Numbered from the stretch's first letter, positions 27,634-42,199 are shown. The stretch: 64,000 bases of DNA from Haliotis rufescens (GCF_023055435.1 NW_025963802.1:42470001-42534000), one strand, 5' to 3'. Numbers and translations are program-made. The notes: generated by a model not told the origin, from the letters alone.

Positions 27634-28979
27634 ATTTTCATATTCTCTTTGTACTTGTGGCTGTCAAAGTACACGCATTAAGGTAATCTTATAATATGAT
27701 GTCAAAGACTAATACCAAGTCGTGAAATGAGTTAACATTCTTGATAAGCTCACTCCCTTTCTATAACCATGAGTGAGTGAGTGTGCTTCGCTGCAGTCAG
27801 CAATATACCAGATGTATCCCGGCTGCATGTTCTGTCGCAAACCATACAAGAATTAACGCAAATTAAGTTTTGATACTCGCATAAACTTTACAACACTTAT
27901 GTCCATCTCTAATTACATAACCAACTTGACAAGACAGGATGGGCAACTGGAGCGACCGAGGTTCGATTCGATCTCAAGACCAAAAAGACTTAGGCATTTG
28001 TCTAAACCGAAGGTTTTAATCTAAATAAATTTGTTTTATGGAAAATGGAAAGGATATGATTCAAAGATAATTTATATGACAGTCTCAACAATTTAAGCTA
28101 TAGTTTTTTTTATGCTAACTGATGCTTCTATTTCAAATTGATCACAAACGTTGTATGCTAATTTCAACTATTTAGATATGATGTTGTCTAGGACAACTCT
28201 ATACTCTCTGTGTTGTACTGATCGATACCATTATTGTTTTGTATGTCGACCCCGTTTCACTAAAAAATACAATATATAAGTTTTCACAAAGGTTGGATGA
28301 ATCTCACCATTTACAACCTCTACATACAACGGCCTCATCGCAAGTGATATACGATTGAAACATGAAAAACATCAACGGTAAGATATTTAATCTTAATATA
28401 GGACAGAACGTGATTATATAGAAATGTAGAAGTATATAAACACCATTGTCAAATTTTAAATTAATGTGTTCTAAAATACATTACGCGTATGTAAATAAAT
28501 TACGCATATATTTATTATAAGTGCCAGTTTTCATTTGCATCTTACAGTCTCTCGAAAATGTAATAACCTCTGACAGAATAAAACTACCAAATCTAACGTA
28601 AATTTCAATTTATTATCGTTGAAGTTGTCGTTTACTGAAGTGAGGTGAGGTGAAATGGGATTAACGTCGTGTCGCATTCAGTGATTGACTCGTATAAATT
28701 TTCTTATGTGTGTCGGTGTGAGAGGCTACTTTAATACATGCGTTATCTCCTGTCACGTGTCACCTGGGTTATCAACACCTTATTCAGGGCGTATTTTCAT
28801 CCAGCTCGTCTGGTGGTGTCGCGCCGGTAAAAGAGACTCTCTCCATGCGCAGGGTGTGTGCCAGTTAGGTAAGTGTGTGAAACGAACTGGGATACTAATT
28901 GTGACACGCAAAATACAACACGTAAATAAGTGCACATCGCAACATCGTGACACAGTTTGGTATTACCTGACAAGCACTC

Positions 28980-29084
28980 AGTAAATGAGTATTATATACA
29001 ATTCGGGTGTGTTTTGCTGTAAATAGTTACACGTACAGCCATGTCTCCAAATCTTAATCACTTCGTGAATTGAATTCTACGAAG
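28980..29084 (+). promoter_or_regulatory. Candidate non-coding first exon/promoter of gene 2
   Basis: Perfect AAG|GTAAGT donor at 29085 after a locally CpG-richer stretch; the ATG exon at 38898 has an acceptor, so an upstream exon is required. Confidence 0.3.
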
Positions 29085-29859
29085 GTAAGTCCTCTGGTTG
29101 CAGTCCCGATCGATGACTCATCAATTAACTAAACCGAAAGTAGGAAGTCATGTGAGCCCTTATCAGGTGTGTTTTGATAATGTGACTACATTTAGTGGAA
29201 CGAACATGACAATCAAGCAGATTAAATGGGTATTTGTGTGCAGTATTGCCAACCACGTCAGTGCTCATACGTGTGTTAATGCCAAGATCCTATGGGGAGC
29301 AGGTCAAAACTACCTCATGTGAGAACGGCGTCACATGGTAAAGTCACAGGGTGCAGGCTAAAACGGCCACAGAAAAATGGAAAAACGGCCACAATCTATA
29401 GTCATATCGGCCACCACAAAAAGTCATAACGGCTACAGCAAAAAAATCAAAATGGTCTTATTTGGGTCAGAGTTTATTTATAATTTCACATCAAATTGGT
29501 ACACTGGTCAGAGCAGATCAAAGTAAATTGTTGAGATCGGTTACAACAATAAGGGAACTCTACTGGAAGAGATTAAATTGTAATAACAGCCTCTAACATG
29601 TACACTGTACACACCCTAGCAAACACACTGACATCAATCTGGGCCAAAGTTGCAATTGGTTGAATGTTGGCATGCTGATATTAGGCCAACATAGAGCCAA
29701 CATTGTATATTAACTTCTATAATTGTATATCTATATTTATAATATTATATCTATATTTTATTTAATGATACTTTTAAAACTTACAAACTACCAGCTATGT
29801 TAGGTCTTTGAAAGGCATTTAGAAGTGATACACATAAGGAAGTGAATAAATGAATGTCA

Positions 29860-32270
29860 ACTTCTGTCTTACTGTTAAAGGTAGACTTGTTATATCTGTC
29901 TTTCTGTTTAAGGTAGGCTTGTTAAATCTGTCTTACTGTTTAAGGTGGGCTTGTTATATCTGTCTTATTGTTTAAGGTGGGCTTTTTATATCCGTCTTAT
30001 TGTTTAAGGTGGGCTTGTTATATCCGTCTTACTGTTTAAGGTGGGCTTGTTATATCTGTCTTACTGTTTAAGGTGGGTTTGTTATATCTGTCTTATTGTT
30101 AAAGGTGGGCTTGTTATATCTGTCTTACTGTTTAAGGTGGGCTTGTTATATCTGTCTTATTGTTTAAGGCGGGCTTGTTATATCTGCCTTACTGTTTAAG
30201 GCGCGCTTGTTATATCTGTCTTATTGTTTAAGGTGGGCTTGTTATATCCATGTTATTGTTAAAGGTAGGCTTGTTATTTCCGTCTTTCTGATTAAGGTGG
30301 GCTTGTTATATCTGTCTTATTGTTTAAGGTGGGCTTGTTATATCTGCCTTACTGTTTAAGGCGCGCTTGGACAGCCTCCGTGGTCTAGTGGTAGAGCGTC
30401 CGCCCGGAGAGCGGAAGGTCCGGGGTTCGATCCCCGGCCGCGTCATACCAAAAGACGTTAAAAGATGGTACTTGTTGTTACCCTGTCAGGCGCTCGGCAT
30501 TAAGGGGCTAAAACAAGGACTGGTCGGCTCGGAGTCAGTATACTGTGTCTGAGTGGGGTATTCATGTTAAACTGCGGCATGGTATCTCAGTGGGCTAGCA
30601 CTATAAATCGGCATCAGTCCGGTCTAGTTCAAGCAGCCACACACACACACACACGTGCATGCACGTCGCTATATAAGTGCAATAATCTTGGACGCGACGT
30701 TAAACCCAATTTCACCTCACCTCACCTAAGGCGCGCTTGTTATATCTGTCTTATTGTTTAAGGTGGGCTTGTTATATCCGTCTTGCTGTTTAAGGTGGGC
30801 TTGTTATATCCATCTTATTGTTTAAGGTAGTCTTGTTATATCCGTCTTTCTGATTAAGGTTGGCTTGTTATATCTGTCTTATTGTTTAAGGTAGGCTTGT
30901 TATATCCGTCTTTCTGATTAAGGTGGGCTTGTTATATCCATCTTATTGTTTAAGGTAGGCTTGTTATATCCGACTTTCTGTTTAAGGTGGGCTTGTTATA
31001 TCCATCTTATTGTTTAAGGTAGGCTTGTTATATCTGTCTTACTGTTTAAGGTGGGTTTGTTATATCTGTCTTGTTGTTTAAGGTGGGCTTGTTATATCTG
31101 TCTAACTGTTTAAGGCGGGCTTGTTATATCTGCCTTACTGTTTAAGGTGGGCTTGTTATATCTGTCTTATTGTTTAAGGTGGGCTTATAATATCCGTCTT
31201 TCTGAGTGTTTAAGGTGGGCTTGTTATATTCATCTTATTGCTTAAGGCGCGCTTGTTATATCTGTCTTACTGTTTAAGGTGGGCTTGTTATATCTGTCTT
31301 ACTGTTTAAGGTGGGCTTGTTATATCTGGCTTACTGTTTAAGGTAGGCTTGTTAAATCTGTCTTACTGTTTAAGGTGGGCTTGTTATATATGTCTTATTG
31401 TTTAAGGTTGGCTTTTTATGTCCGTCTTACTGTTTAAGGTGTGCTTGTTATATCTGTCTTATTGTTTAAGGTGGGCTTGTTATATCTGTCTTATTGTTTA
31501 AGGCGGGCTTGTTATATCTGCCTTACTGTTTAAGGTGTGCTTGTTATATCTGTCTTATTGTTTAAGGTGGGCTTGTTATATCGTCTTTCTGTTTAAGGTG
31601 GGCTTGTTATATCCATTTTATTGCTTAAGGTAGGCTTGTTATATCTGTCTTACTGTTTAAGGTGGGCTTGTTATATGTGTCTTTCTGTTTAAGGTGGGCT
31701 TGTTATATCCACCTTATTGTTTAAGGTGGGCTTGTTATATCTGTCTTACTGTTTAAGGTAGGCTTGTTACATCTGTCATACTGTTTAAGGTGGGCTTGTT
31801 ATATCTGACTTACTGTTTAAGGTAGGCTTGTTATATCTGTCTTACTGTTTAAGGTGGGCTTGTTATATCTGTCTTACTGTTTAAGGTGGGCTTGTTATAT
31901 CTGTCTTACTGTTTAAGGCGGGCTTGTTATATCTGTCTTACTGTTTAAGGTGGGCTTGTTATATCTGTCTTATTATTTAAGGGTGGTTTGTTATATCCGT
32001 CTTATTGTTTTAAGGTAGGCTTGTTATATCCGCCTTATTCTTTAAGGTGGGCTTGTTATATCTGTCTTACTATTTAAGGTAGGCTTGTTATATCCGTCTT
32101 TCTGTTTAAGGTGGGCTTGTTATATCCATCTTATTGTTTAAGTTAGGCGTGTTATATCTGTCTTACTGTTTAAGGTGGGTTTGTTATATCTGTCTTATTG
32201 TGTAAGGTGGGCTTGTTATATCTTTCTTATTGTTAAAGGTGGGTCTGTTATATCCGTCTTATTGTTTTAA
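29860..32270. repeat. 32-bp tandem satellite (GTTTAAGGTGGGCTTGTTATATCTGTCTTACT), continuing at 34357-34438 and 37342-37405
   Basis: Roughly 60 or more direct copies with 32-bp period. Confidence 0.98.
30370..30726 (+). mobile_element. Full-length tRNA-derived Meta-type SINE inserted in the satellite
   Basis: TGGTCTAGTGG A-box, GGTTCGATCCC B-box, (CACCT)n tail, TSD TAAGGCGCGCTTG. Confidence 0.95.
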
Positions 32271-34356
32271 GGGGCACTGATCTAACGCACTTCCCCGGGA
32301 CTGGTTGTTGCCTTTGTTATTGTTTTTCCCCAGTGAGTACCCGGATGTATAGCATAAATCTAGACTAGTTCGCGACCTCTGCTGCGCCCTTCGTAAGCGT
32401 ATTAGTCACTTTTATGGATACCGGTAGTAACAAGGGCGTATGGTCACATTGATCAACAAGATGAAATACAGTTTTCGAGATAATAAGGAAATGTAGGTAT
32501 CTTTGTGTGTAGCATCGGTAATGTTGACGAAGTTTTGATAAGTCACTTGCTTGGTAATTTTGCGATTTTAGTTTACACTATTTTGACTTGCAACATAAAG
32601 TAAATGTTTCACCTGAGCATTGCTTTTTTATAGTGTGTATAATATTTTACTGTCAAAATGTGTAACATATTTATTAAACGTCTAAATATTCAGTTATTTT
32701 ACAAATTGACTGAAAACATTTCCATCTCTATTAGAATGATAACGAATTCCAAATATTTTGATGTTTAATGTCATCACCAAGAGACTGAAAATGTTACGTT
32801 GAAAAGTACATTTCTATGTTGTTTGGCTTCTAATCCTACATAATGACCTGTTGTGATGTTTGTAGGCCCTTTTGATAGTCTTAATCAATCTGGACAGATT
32901 TTTTAGTCAAAATGACTGAAATATTTACACATTTTATAAATTGCCTGAGAGAATCACATTTTAAAAATTGACGGTAATATATACACGCTTACAAAGAAAA
33001 AGACCTGTGAAAACAACGTCTATCGCGCATTGAAGAATTTTCCAACCAAGACGTAGAGAAACAACAACGAATTATCGGTTCAAATGAAGGAAAACAAAAT
33101 GCAAATACCATAATTACAACCTACCAAATTTATGTGTATAAATTTTAGGCAGCTTCCTTGTTCGAGGAATGTATCCGTGAATATGCACACAAAGGAACAA
33201 TATCCCACTCGTCTGCAGCTGTACAAAGAAACTTATTGATGTCACGTGTCTCTGTAACAATCAAATATTTTAAAAGATATAATATTTATATCGTTTCGGG
33301 ATATTATGACCCGTGTTCGTTTCTCAACTGATCACTTGGATTGTTTCAGGTGTTTCACATAGGTGTCAAGTCTCAAGGGTCGGCTGTGAAAGCACACGTG
33401 ACAACTATTTTCATAACGTCCACGGGGTTCCTAAAAAATCCATTGAGTGATAGATAACAATGAGCAATCAATCAACGTATTATCAGTTAACCCTTTGAAC
33501 AAAGTATGTTGTTTTTACATCGGCACTTCACGCCATGATATGAGTGTATTCCCTTTGTTTGAGTAAACCTAGACATGTAAACACTCACTTTTGACATATC
33601 CACTGTGCAAGATAACAGTGATTAATCAATCAACGTATTTTTTGTTAATCCTTTGATGACTAGGAACGATCCGTTGATTTACAAAAAAAAGTAAATCAAC
33701 TGATCATTCATCTCTTGCTGGGCTGTCACGTGCATATTACATAACACACATTTCACCTCACTTCAAACCTGGATTTAGATTGAATAATTACCCCAGACAC
33801 AATAAATGCCAAATGGGAACCTTTGTCAGGTAATCTAAGTGGTGCTACCACTAATTGTACCTGTAATAAATTCATTAACTGAGCATCAAGTGAATGACGA
33901 CAAATACATGTACACAAGTGTAGGGTTATTCGAGAAAACGTGGATGACAACAAGGGAGTACTAATCGTATTATCGACGCAATCCGAAATCCGAACATGCT
34001 TTCACTGCATGGATACTTTTTTTAGTATTAAACTATAACCATCTCGGGTATTTCCAAATGACGACATCCGATGAGCTCCGCCGTTCTTTTTGTCTGTTTG
34101 TTTAGGCTGAAGAAATTAATTAGCATGCGCCCTTTGTCGAAATCTTTATAGATCACAGTTAACCAATCAGTGTTTATGCAAAAATGCGTAAAACAAATAT
34201 TGCCTCCAGCCTCCAAGTTTATTTAACTGTCCTTGCAGACCGTAGCCCAGTCTCTGGTCACGCTCAGTTGCGTTGCGTATCATCCGGGTACTCACGGGGG
34301 AAAAAATAATAACAAAGGCAACAACCAGTCCGGGAATTGCGTTAGATCAGTGCCCC
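32271..34356. mobile_element. Non-autonomous Kolobok-like DNA transposon inserted in the satellite
   Basis: ~75-bp TIRs GGGGCACTGATCTAACGCA.../...TGCGTTAGATCAGTGCCCC flanked by (T)TTAA. Confidence 0.85.
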
Positions 34357-34439
34357 TTTAAGGTAGGCTTGTTATATCCACCTTATTTTTTAAGGTGGGC
34401 TTGTTATATCTGTCTTACTGTTTAAGGTAGGCTTCTTAC

Positions 34440-37341
34440 ATGTATATACACTTTATTCAGATGTATTGTAGGCCATAGGCCCATGATACAATGGTTACAG
34501 TGTGGTAATGGGAGTTGGAGATCCCAACAGACTTTGCCTTAGATTCATAGCTTTTAGAATATACATGGCTAGTTTCTTAACAGTAAATGGGTTAGTGGAT
34601 GACATTAAAATATTGTACTTATGTCTTGTCGGGAACTCATTATAATGCAAGGATATATATTCTGACCTCAAAGCTTGATAACAATCACAAATTAAAATGA
34701 TACTCATCTTCGATATAACCATGTTTACAAACAGTACAAACTCTTTCTTCTCTAGGTTCCTTATTATGTCTACCTGATTCAATTCTTAGATGATGAGAAC
34801 TACATCTGAAACGTGCCATAATACTTCTAAATTTATCACATGATAGCCTTGTAATATACATTTCAACACCAAATGTTTGCTTATACAAAGAATAATAATA
34901 TGATTTCGAACTTTCACGTATAGCTGAATGCCAGTCTTGATGGTACGATAATTTTAGCCTCACAAAAAAATCCTTTATGAACAAAGGTATATTTGCAACA
35001 CACTGTTGATCCCATATAAAACCAAATCCTGCTGACACAATTATGTGTCTAATTTTGGAAACCCAGTTTACCTTACCATTACTTACAGCTTGCAGTTGCA
35101 TATTATAGCATTTCTTTACATATCTAGATTCTGGCATTTTCAAAATTTTGCACCAATATTTAACAACTCTTTTATAAGCATAAATGTATAGAGGATATCG
35201 GCCACATCCACCTCTTATAATGTGATTTGAGGTGGAGACCTTAACACCTAAAAAGTGCTTATAAGCCATCATGTGAATACTTTCAATATAATTACAAATT
35301 TCAGGACTCAGACCCCATATTTCCGCTCTACATAGCAAAATTGGGCTAATTTTGGTATCAAATATTTTAAAAAATAAATCAAAGGGTATGGGCTTAAAGT
35401 TGGACAGAGATTTCAGTATGCCACATAGTACTTTCTTAGCTTGTAGTGCTGCAACCTTAACATGTTTACCCCATGAAAAAGTTCTTGTAAAAGATAAACC
35501 TAAATATTTGTACGAGGTTACACACTCAAGACTGAAGCCATCAAAGTTCCATTTCTCATACTTTGATAAAACACCACCTTTTTTAAAAAAATGACTTTAG
35601 TTTTTTCCAGATTAACACACAAATGGTAGGTATCACAAAAATATTTTAACGTATCAATACGTTTCTGAAGACCATATACAGTGTCAGAAAGCAAAACAAC
35701 ATCATCTGCAAATAATAACAAAAATAGTTGAATAAGTTCAGGATGAAGCTGTATGCCTGTTGAACAAGAAAATTCTATATCCTTTGCCAACTCATTTATA
35801 AGCATAGAAAATAATAATGGACTTAAGACGCATCCCTGCCTTAAGCCAAGAGGACAATGAAATTCTTCAGAGAAAATATTATTTGACCTTACACTAGCCT
35901 TAACACACTTATATATAGACTTTAAAGAAAGTAAAAACTTGGTGGATACACCCTGCTGCATTAATACAGACCACAATTTAGACCGATCAACAAGGTCAAA
36001 AGCCTTTTTAAAATCTACAAATAATGCATAAATTTTGCCATGCTTTTTTGCTAAATAACGCTGAATGACTGCTTGTAAAATATAAATGTTGTCTATTGTA
36101 CTGTATTCTTTCCGAAAACCAGCTTGGGATTCCACAATTTTATCATATGCACTGGACCAAAAGGATAGCCTGTTATTTAAAATTGAAGTATAAAGTTTAC
36201 TAAATACACTAAATAAAGTTATTCCTCTATAATTATTGGGTAGGGAGGTATCACCTTTCTTATGTAATGGAATTATTATGCCAGTACACCAAGATTGTGG
36301 AAAGCTACCTGAGTCAAAAATAATATTAAAGACAAGTTCAATATATGGTACTAAAATATCCTGAGCAGCCACAAAGAACTCTGGTATTATATGATCCAAC
36401 CCTGCAGACTTTGAACATTTAAGCTGTGAAATTGCTTTTAATATTTCCTCTCGGGAGATAGGTGAATCTAAAATATTCTTAGAGACATCATCAGTTAAGG
36501 TATTTCCACATGGTTTAACAACGTCATCAAAACACTCATTGTCAACTTCACCAGCATCTTCATGTGAGTCTGTCGAATAAACAGAACTATTAAACAAATC
36601 ATTAAAATGCTCATACCACATAATTGAAGATGTAGGTGATATATTATTACTAGATGATAAACAATCTCTCAATATTCTCCAAAAATCTTTAGCATTATTA
36701 ATATGTGACAATAATTTAACTCTAATCTTCTCAGCATAAAGTCTCTTTTTGTTCCTAAGAATAGTTGTGTACAGATTACGGGCTGTAATAAAGTTCTGAA
36801 GAGATATATTGTCCCTGAGTTTTCTGAATACTTTCAAAAGTCTATCTCTTTCCATCCTGGAGTAAACACATTCCTTATCATACCAAGGTTGTGACTTCGG
36901 TTTTATGGCCAGATCCCTTTTCATACAGTCAGCTGCGGAGCATATAGCTGTGGTAAGTTTGTCTATAGCTGCATCAATATCAGTCATAGCTACGTCAGAG
37001 CATGACATTAACATATTTAAAATACCTGGTGTCATAAGGTTGTCCCTAAAATCAGACAGCTTGTCAGTGTCCCACATATATTTATAACTGGCACTTGCAC
37101 CAGCCCGTGCTTCTTGCCTCTCTGCGTGTGCTGCCGACTGAACACGTGATTGAAATGAACATGAGACCGGTAAGTGGGGGGATTCCCCTCTCGAGACAAT
37201 ATTAAAGCTATCACACAACGAAAACAGGTTGCTGGAAGCAATAATATAGTCAATCACACTTGTTCCTGTGGAACTGATATAGGTAAAATCACCTGTACCG
37301 GCATCACGACCCACTCTTCCATTTAATATATTCAGATTCAA
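34440..37341 (-). mobile_element. 5'-truncated LINE (RTE-X/Proto2-like ORF2: end of APE, RT, C-terminal CCHC), two frameshifts
   Basis: SVIDYI..SPHLP, NYRGITL, QAGFR, FVDFKKAFD, GLRQGCVLSP, LLFADD, HHLRIESGR..CTVC..EDEYH; AATAAA near the 3' end; satellite resumes on both sides. Confidence 0.95.
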
Positions 37342-38212
37342 AGTAGGCTTGTTATATCCGTCTTATTGTTTAAGGTGGGCTTGTTATATCTGTCTTATTG
37401 TTTAAGAGAACAAGCTCATAACCTAGATCTCTGTTCTGTGTGCAAATCCTTAAAGTGGATTAAAATATGTTATTGTCATAAGCTATACGTGATTGAAAAC
37501 ACATATCTGATGGATTTAATAATGCTTTTGTAGATATATAATATCCCCTGAAAATGCAGTAATGCCGTGGCCATTCTGAGTTATTTAAAGTGGCTGTTCG
37601 GACCTTTTTGTTTATGGCCGTTAGGACTTTTCTTTGTGGCTATTTTGACGACGGTTTTGTGGCTATTTTTACTTTTCGAGGGGGTCTTGATTATTTAGTT
37701 TTCAGGCCATTCTGACATGAGACTGTTTAGACTACATCTCCCATCCTGTGTACAAGTTGGTTAGGAGCTTACAGGGTGCAGAGATGACCTTAAATCATTA
37801 GTCATGGTACAACACATTTTCAGATCATTTAAGAACTGGCTTCAATCTGTTTTTGCGTTTATGGATATCTTCTGTAAACAATCATTTCAGACCCCTGACA
37901 CACAAATTAGACCTTCAATGACAAATCTGTCAAAACAAATTTAAACAAACAGTGTTAAACTGCCCTTAAGTAATATATCTGTCAGTGAATTTTGATGCGA
38001 TCAGTAAATTGTCAGATTTATTTATATTTCTGGACATTCTTGGTGGGACTTCTTGGTCACTTCGAGAAGGAAACTGGGGACTGTCTTTCATTCAATTATA
38101 AACATGTTTACAGTTGTAGCTCCTGCTATTTTAAAGTGGATTTAGAAAGCTTGGTGATCAATGCTTGCATGAAACATAGCAATCGACCCATTCTCCCCCT
38201 AAGACAGATGGA

Positions 38213-38353
38213 GTGAGTGAGTATGGTTTTATGCCGCTTTTAGCGGGGGACACCTGAATATGGGCTTCACACATTGTACCCGTGTGGGGAATCGAACCCG
38301 GGTCTTGGGCGTGACCAGTCAATGCTTTAACCTCTCGGCTACCCCTCCGCCCC
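38213..38353 (-). mobile_element. Short tRNA-derived SINE
   Basis: A/B boxes, (ACTC)n tail, TSD CTAAGACAGATGGA. Confidence 0.9.
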
Positions 38354-38915
38354 TAAGACAGATGGAACACATTCTTTTATTGAATGACTTTTACCCTGTG
38401 AGAGAGTATTTTAAGATCGCGTGACTTCAACAAACATGTCTTCAACTTACACAGAGTATCGATGGGTTTAATTTGGGATGATTTTGATAAATAGACATAA
38501 GTGGACATGGACACTGTATGAAAGCATAATATATTTGTATAGGATTTTAAAAGAAAATTCCAATGAGGTAGGTGTACAGCCAGGATTTGTCACTTTTTGT
38601 GGCAATGGTTGTGACGTCACTATGGTCCTTTTAGCATTGAATCTATTAATAACCTGTGTGAAAGCGAGGCTTGTTTTCATCTATGAGTGGTATCATGGGA
38701 TGGGCTCACACACTGATCATCAAATATATTCAGAAAAAATAAGAAAACTATCTGTGGTCATCTACGCTATTATTAGAATTCAAGTTCTGCACTTTTCATC
38801 ACCTGATGGCATTCTATAGAAAGAAATACTTATCCAAATGTTTCATAAGCATGTCATTTCATTTCATTTCATATAATTTCTTTGCTTATTCCTCTAGGTG
38901 CAGTTCCTGTGCAGA

Positions 38916-40026
38916 ATGTCCGAACCACAAGATAAAGTTGACGTAGGTAGCTTGAAAGACACATTCCTGGAGTGTCCAGTGTGTGGGGAACATTTCAACC
39001 AGACAGACCGTCGTCCTCGTCTCCTCCACTCCTGCTTCCATGCCTTCTGTACACAGTGTCTACAGCAGCTTCTAAAAAAGGAGGGAAGAGGCAAAATCAC
39101 ATGTCCTCTTTGTCGTACGGTTGAAAAAGTAACCGGAAATGCTGAAACACTAGAAGTGGATAGTCTCAGAGACAAACTGGTGGAGTTCCTGCAAATCAAG
39201 CACGATAAGAAGGTCCTCTGCAGTGAGTGTCTAGAGAAGACAGCGGCAGTGTCACGATGTGAAGAGTGTCAGAGCTATCTGTGTAAGGAATGTGACTTTG
39301 TTCACAGACGTCACCGGGTTAGCAGAGACCACTCGATACTTTCTTTAAATGATGTTTTGAAACAACCAATACAAAGTTTTGGAAAACGTCATTTTTGCCC
39401 CAACCATCCCAAACATCATCTCGAGTTCTACTGTGCAACAGAGGAGAAACTATGTTGTGTTTTCTGTATAGTGTTAGACCACAGGGATCATGAGCTACAA
39501 AAACTAGAGGAAGCTGCCGCAACAAGGAAAGAAGAATTAGACACAAAGATTAAGCAGGTTCATGCTCATGTAAATCGTCTGAGAGAGGAAAGGAAAGATG
39601 GAACTCAAGAGCTAAAATGTATTGAAGAAGCTAAGGCAAGGTCTATTTTGGATATCAACAGAATATTTGATGACCTGAAACAGAGTTTGGACAAACGTAA
39701 ACATGAACTGATTGAAAATGTACAGCGAAACAGTAGCAGTCTGTCTTCGGTTATCAACAAGACGATGGCATCTCATGAACAAACTCTGGCTATGATTGAG
39801 TCTACAGACACATATTTTGCACAAGCTAAGCAGGAAGCTGATGCTGTGGAGATGTTGGAAATATATCCATCAATCAAGAGAAGCATTGATAGTTTATCAG
39901 TTCAATGTCAGAGTTCCAAAACAAGAGGCAATGAAGATGTATACAACCTACAGTTCAAGCCAACGAAGTATGAAAATGTACTGTGTTTGATAAGAGAATT
40001 TGGAACATTTACTAAACTGCCCCAAA
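38916..40026 (+). CDS. Gene 2 coding exon 1: TRIM RBCC (RING, B-box1, B-box2, coiled coil; TRIM45/56-like)
   Basis: ctag acceptor at 38897, ATG 38916; CPVC..CFHAFCTQC..CPLC; CSEC..CEEC..LCKECDFVH..H; CPNH..FYCATEEKLCCVFC..H..H; A|gtaagt donor, phase 1. Confidence 0.93.
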
Positions 40027-40699
40027 GTAAGTTTGTTCTTTTGAAATTTCTTTTTGATTTCTGTCGACTCCAATTCAGTGACAAATCAACACACAGACCC
40101 ACACGTATCTGCCTGTGTGGTCCCAAATGCACAAAATAATCCTAGCACCACAGTTATTGTAATGTTTGTGAAATTTGAAGATCGCAACCTTAGGATTTAG
40201 CTAAAATATATAACCATTCGTTTGAATGCTACAGTTGACCCTACAACTCCTAATATGCACAGCTGATTAGTGCGTACATAACGATCGCCCATCAGAGGAC
40301 TGAGACCTTCAATAGGTTACCTTAAGAGTCACGATTTAGAAAAAAAACTTCATTCATTGTGTTTCATTTCATTGTGTTGTGTAAACAAAACAATCATGAC
40401 AGTCATCGTTAACCAACATTGCATGACGATAAACATTTCCTTTGAAACATAATATTAATGATATCCTTTTTTCCTTAATGTAACTGTAAGGCTGTTGCTA
40501 TTTTCACAATACTGAAATCTAACAATTGTATTTTGAAGCGTGTTTAAATGAAACTAATATAATTTACGAATCCTACCTCTATTAATCCATTGGCATAAAT
40601 CCTGTATTTTGGATGCAATCACACTAAACTTAACTTTCAAATTCTCAACATAAGTCTATGTCAACAATACACTAATTAATTGTGTCCGTAATAGCACCA

Positions 40700-41250
40700 A
40701 TGGCCTACAGCTCAATCGTGTGTAAAGGCGGGAATATCCTCGCTTCTTTCCTGTGTGTGCTGGCGTCAACAAAGTCCGATGTGGTGTTCTCCTCTAGCAC
40801 TTAGTTATAGTCACACTATTCTAGTCTGTTTCAGTAAATAGTTACTTTCGTTTGCTAAAACTAATAGTAGTCTTGTTGGCTGTTTATGATACGTGAGTCT
40901 TCAGTGGGTGTTGGTGTTTCGTGTGACTCTTCAATGATGGCGTCATCTCCCTCTCCGTCGGCGTGTCATAAGTGTGGCCGCTTTATAGTTTCCGGCGACT
41001 CAATGTACCCTGTAGGCAATGTAAATATGTTACCTGCACTGAGGAAAGTCGTTGCGCTTTTCTAAGCTCATTGAGTCTTTCACCAAGGCCAAGAGGGAAG
41101 ATGCGGCCAAGCAAAAAACATAGGTGATATCATGTCTCATCCTGACATGTTACTTAAGCCACTGCCTGATCAACTGACTGCCCCTAAGGCGTATGTACCG
41201 CCGGTACTGTCTGCCGTCATCCACGTCGGTCTGTTGCAGCAACTGTTTGC
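40700..41250 (+). mobile_element. Possible DIRS 5' end / gag zinc-finger remnant
   Basis: MASSPSPSACHKCGRFIVSGD...CTEESRCAF Cys pattern, broken frame. Confidence 0.45.
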
Positions 41251-42140
41251 TCATATAACTTCAGATTATTAGGAATAAAAAATTGATTATCGTTTCATAT
41301 TAAACATGGAGCGAGGTATGAAGATTATGGAGATTACTTCTAAAATTCACATTGCTAATACATCTTTTATTTTTTAAGGATGTTACAACAGGAAAAATAT
41401 AAATCTTGAGTTTGTATTATTAAATTTGTAATATTTTGAAATTGTGACGGATACTTGATAACGTGATAATCAAATGTAAGTAAATTGTTTTTTCAATAGA
41501 TCTTTGTATAGTGTGTCGTCTGTATAGTCCAGCGAGAGCCATCTGGTTACAATTAATCACATGCATTCAATCGCCGACTTGCCTGACCCGGGCAGTGGAA
41601 TGCCCGACTGCAAAGTTCAAAGCTTTCTACTTTTGAGCAAAGTGTTTACTTTGTTCCATATTGTAAACATTTGATATGCTATTTTAAGTATTCTGATTTC
41701 CGAATTGTGGTGTCATCTTTGGTAGTGAAAACATGTGAAGTATTAATGAAGCTTCATTGGACTCATTGGACTCATTATTTCTGAGGAGAACAAGATTATA
41801 TTGGACTCATTATTTCTGAGGAGAACAAGATTATGACAGGTACCGGTCAAACAGGCATTAGCTGACATAACGTTTAGTCAGGTGAGCCAAAAGTAATAAA
41901 TTTGTGTCACTCATGCCAAACATTTATTTCCTTATAATTCCGTAAGTTGCCTATGTTGCACAACAGGGATTGTAACTATTTATTTGATACACAAGAGGAT
42001 TCATGTAATAACAGACAATAATGTCTATAAGCCAAAACCACTGAAAAATGACAGTTCAGTTTTGAGATGGCTAAGAGTACACATTGTTTCTTTTGTTGGT
42101 TTTAGAAAGCAACAATTTAACAACTCATTTTCTTTATCAG

Positions 42141-42199
42141 AAATCTTCACAGAAGATCAAGCACCAACGCATCTGGACAGCCAAACGGCGTTGCCTGAG
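42141..42199 (+). CDS. Gene 2 small linker exon (phase 1 to phase 0)
   Basis: Polypyrimidine-cag acceptor, GAG|gtaatc donor, open frame (K)IFTEDQAPTHLDSQTALPE; bridges the phases of the flanking exons. Confidence 0.6.

Noticed and set aside
28870-28895. ISRE/IRF-like GTGAAACGAACT near the candidate promoter
   Set aside because: Imperfect match, expected by chance in AT-rich DNA; TSS unproven
30370-30445. tRNA gene
   Set aside because: tRNA-like head continues into a SINE body and tail with TSDs; several copies in the window
29860-32270. CRISPR-like 32-bp repeats
   Set aside because: Head-to-tail with no unique spacers, no cas genes, eukaryotic context; it is a satellite
40027-40139. C-terminal extension of the 413-aa TRIM ORF
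   Set aside because: Lies after a consensus GTAAGT donor and looks intronic; kept only as the alternative hypothesis to the fusion
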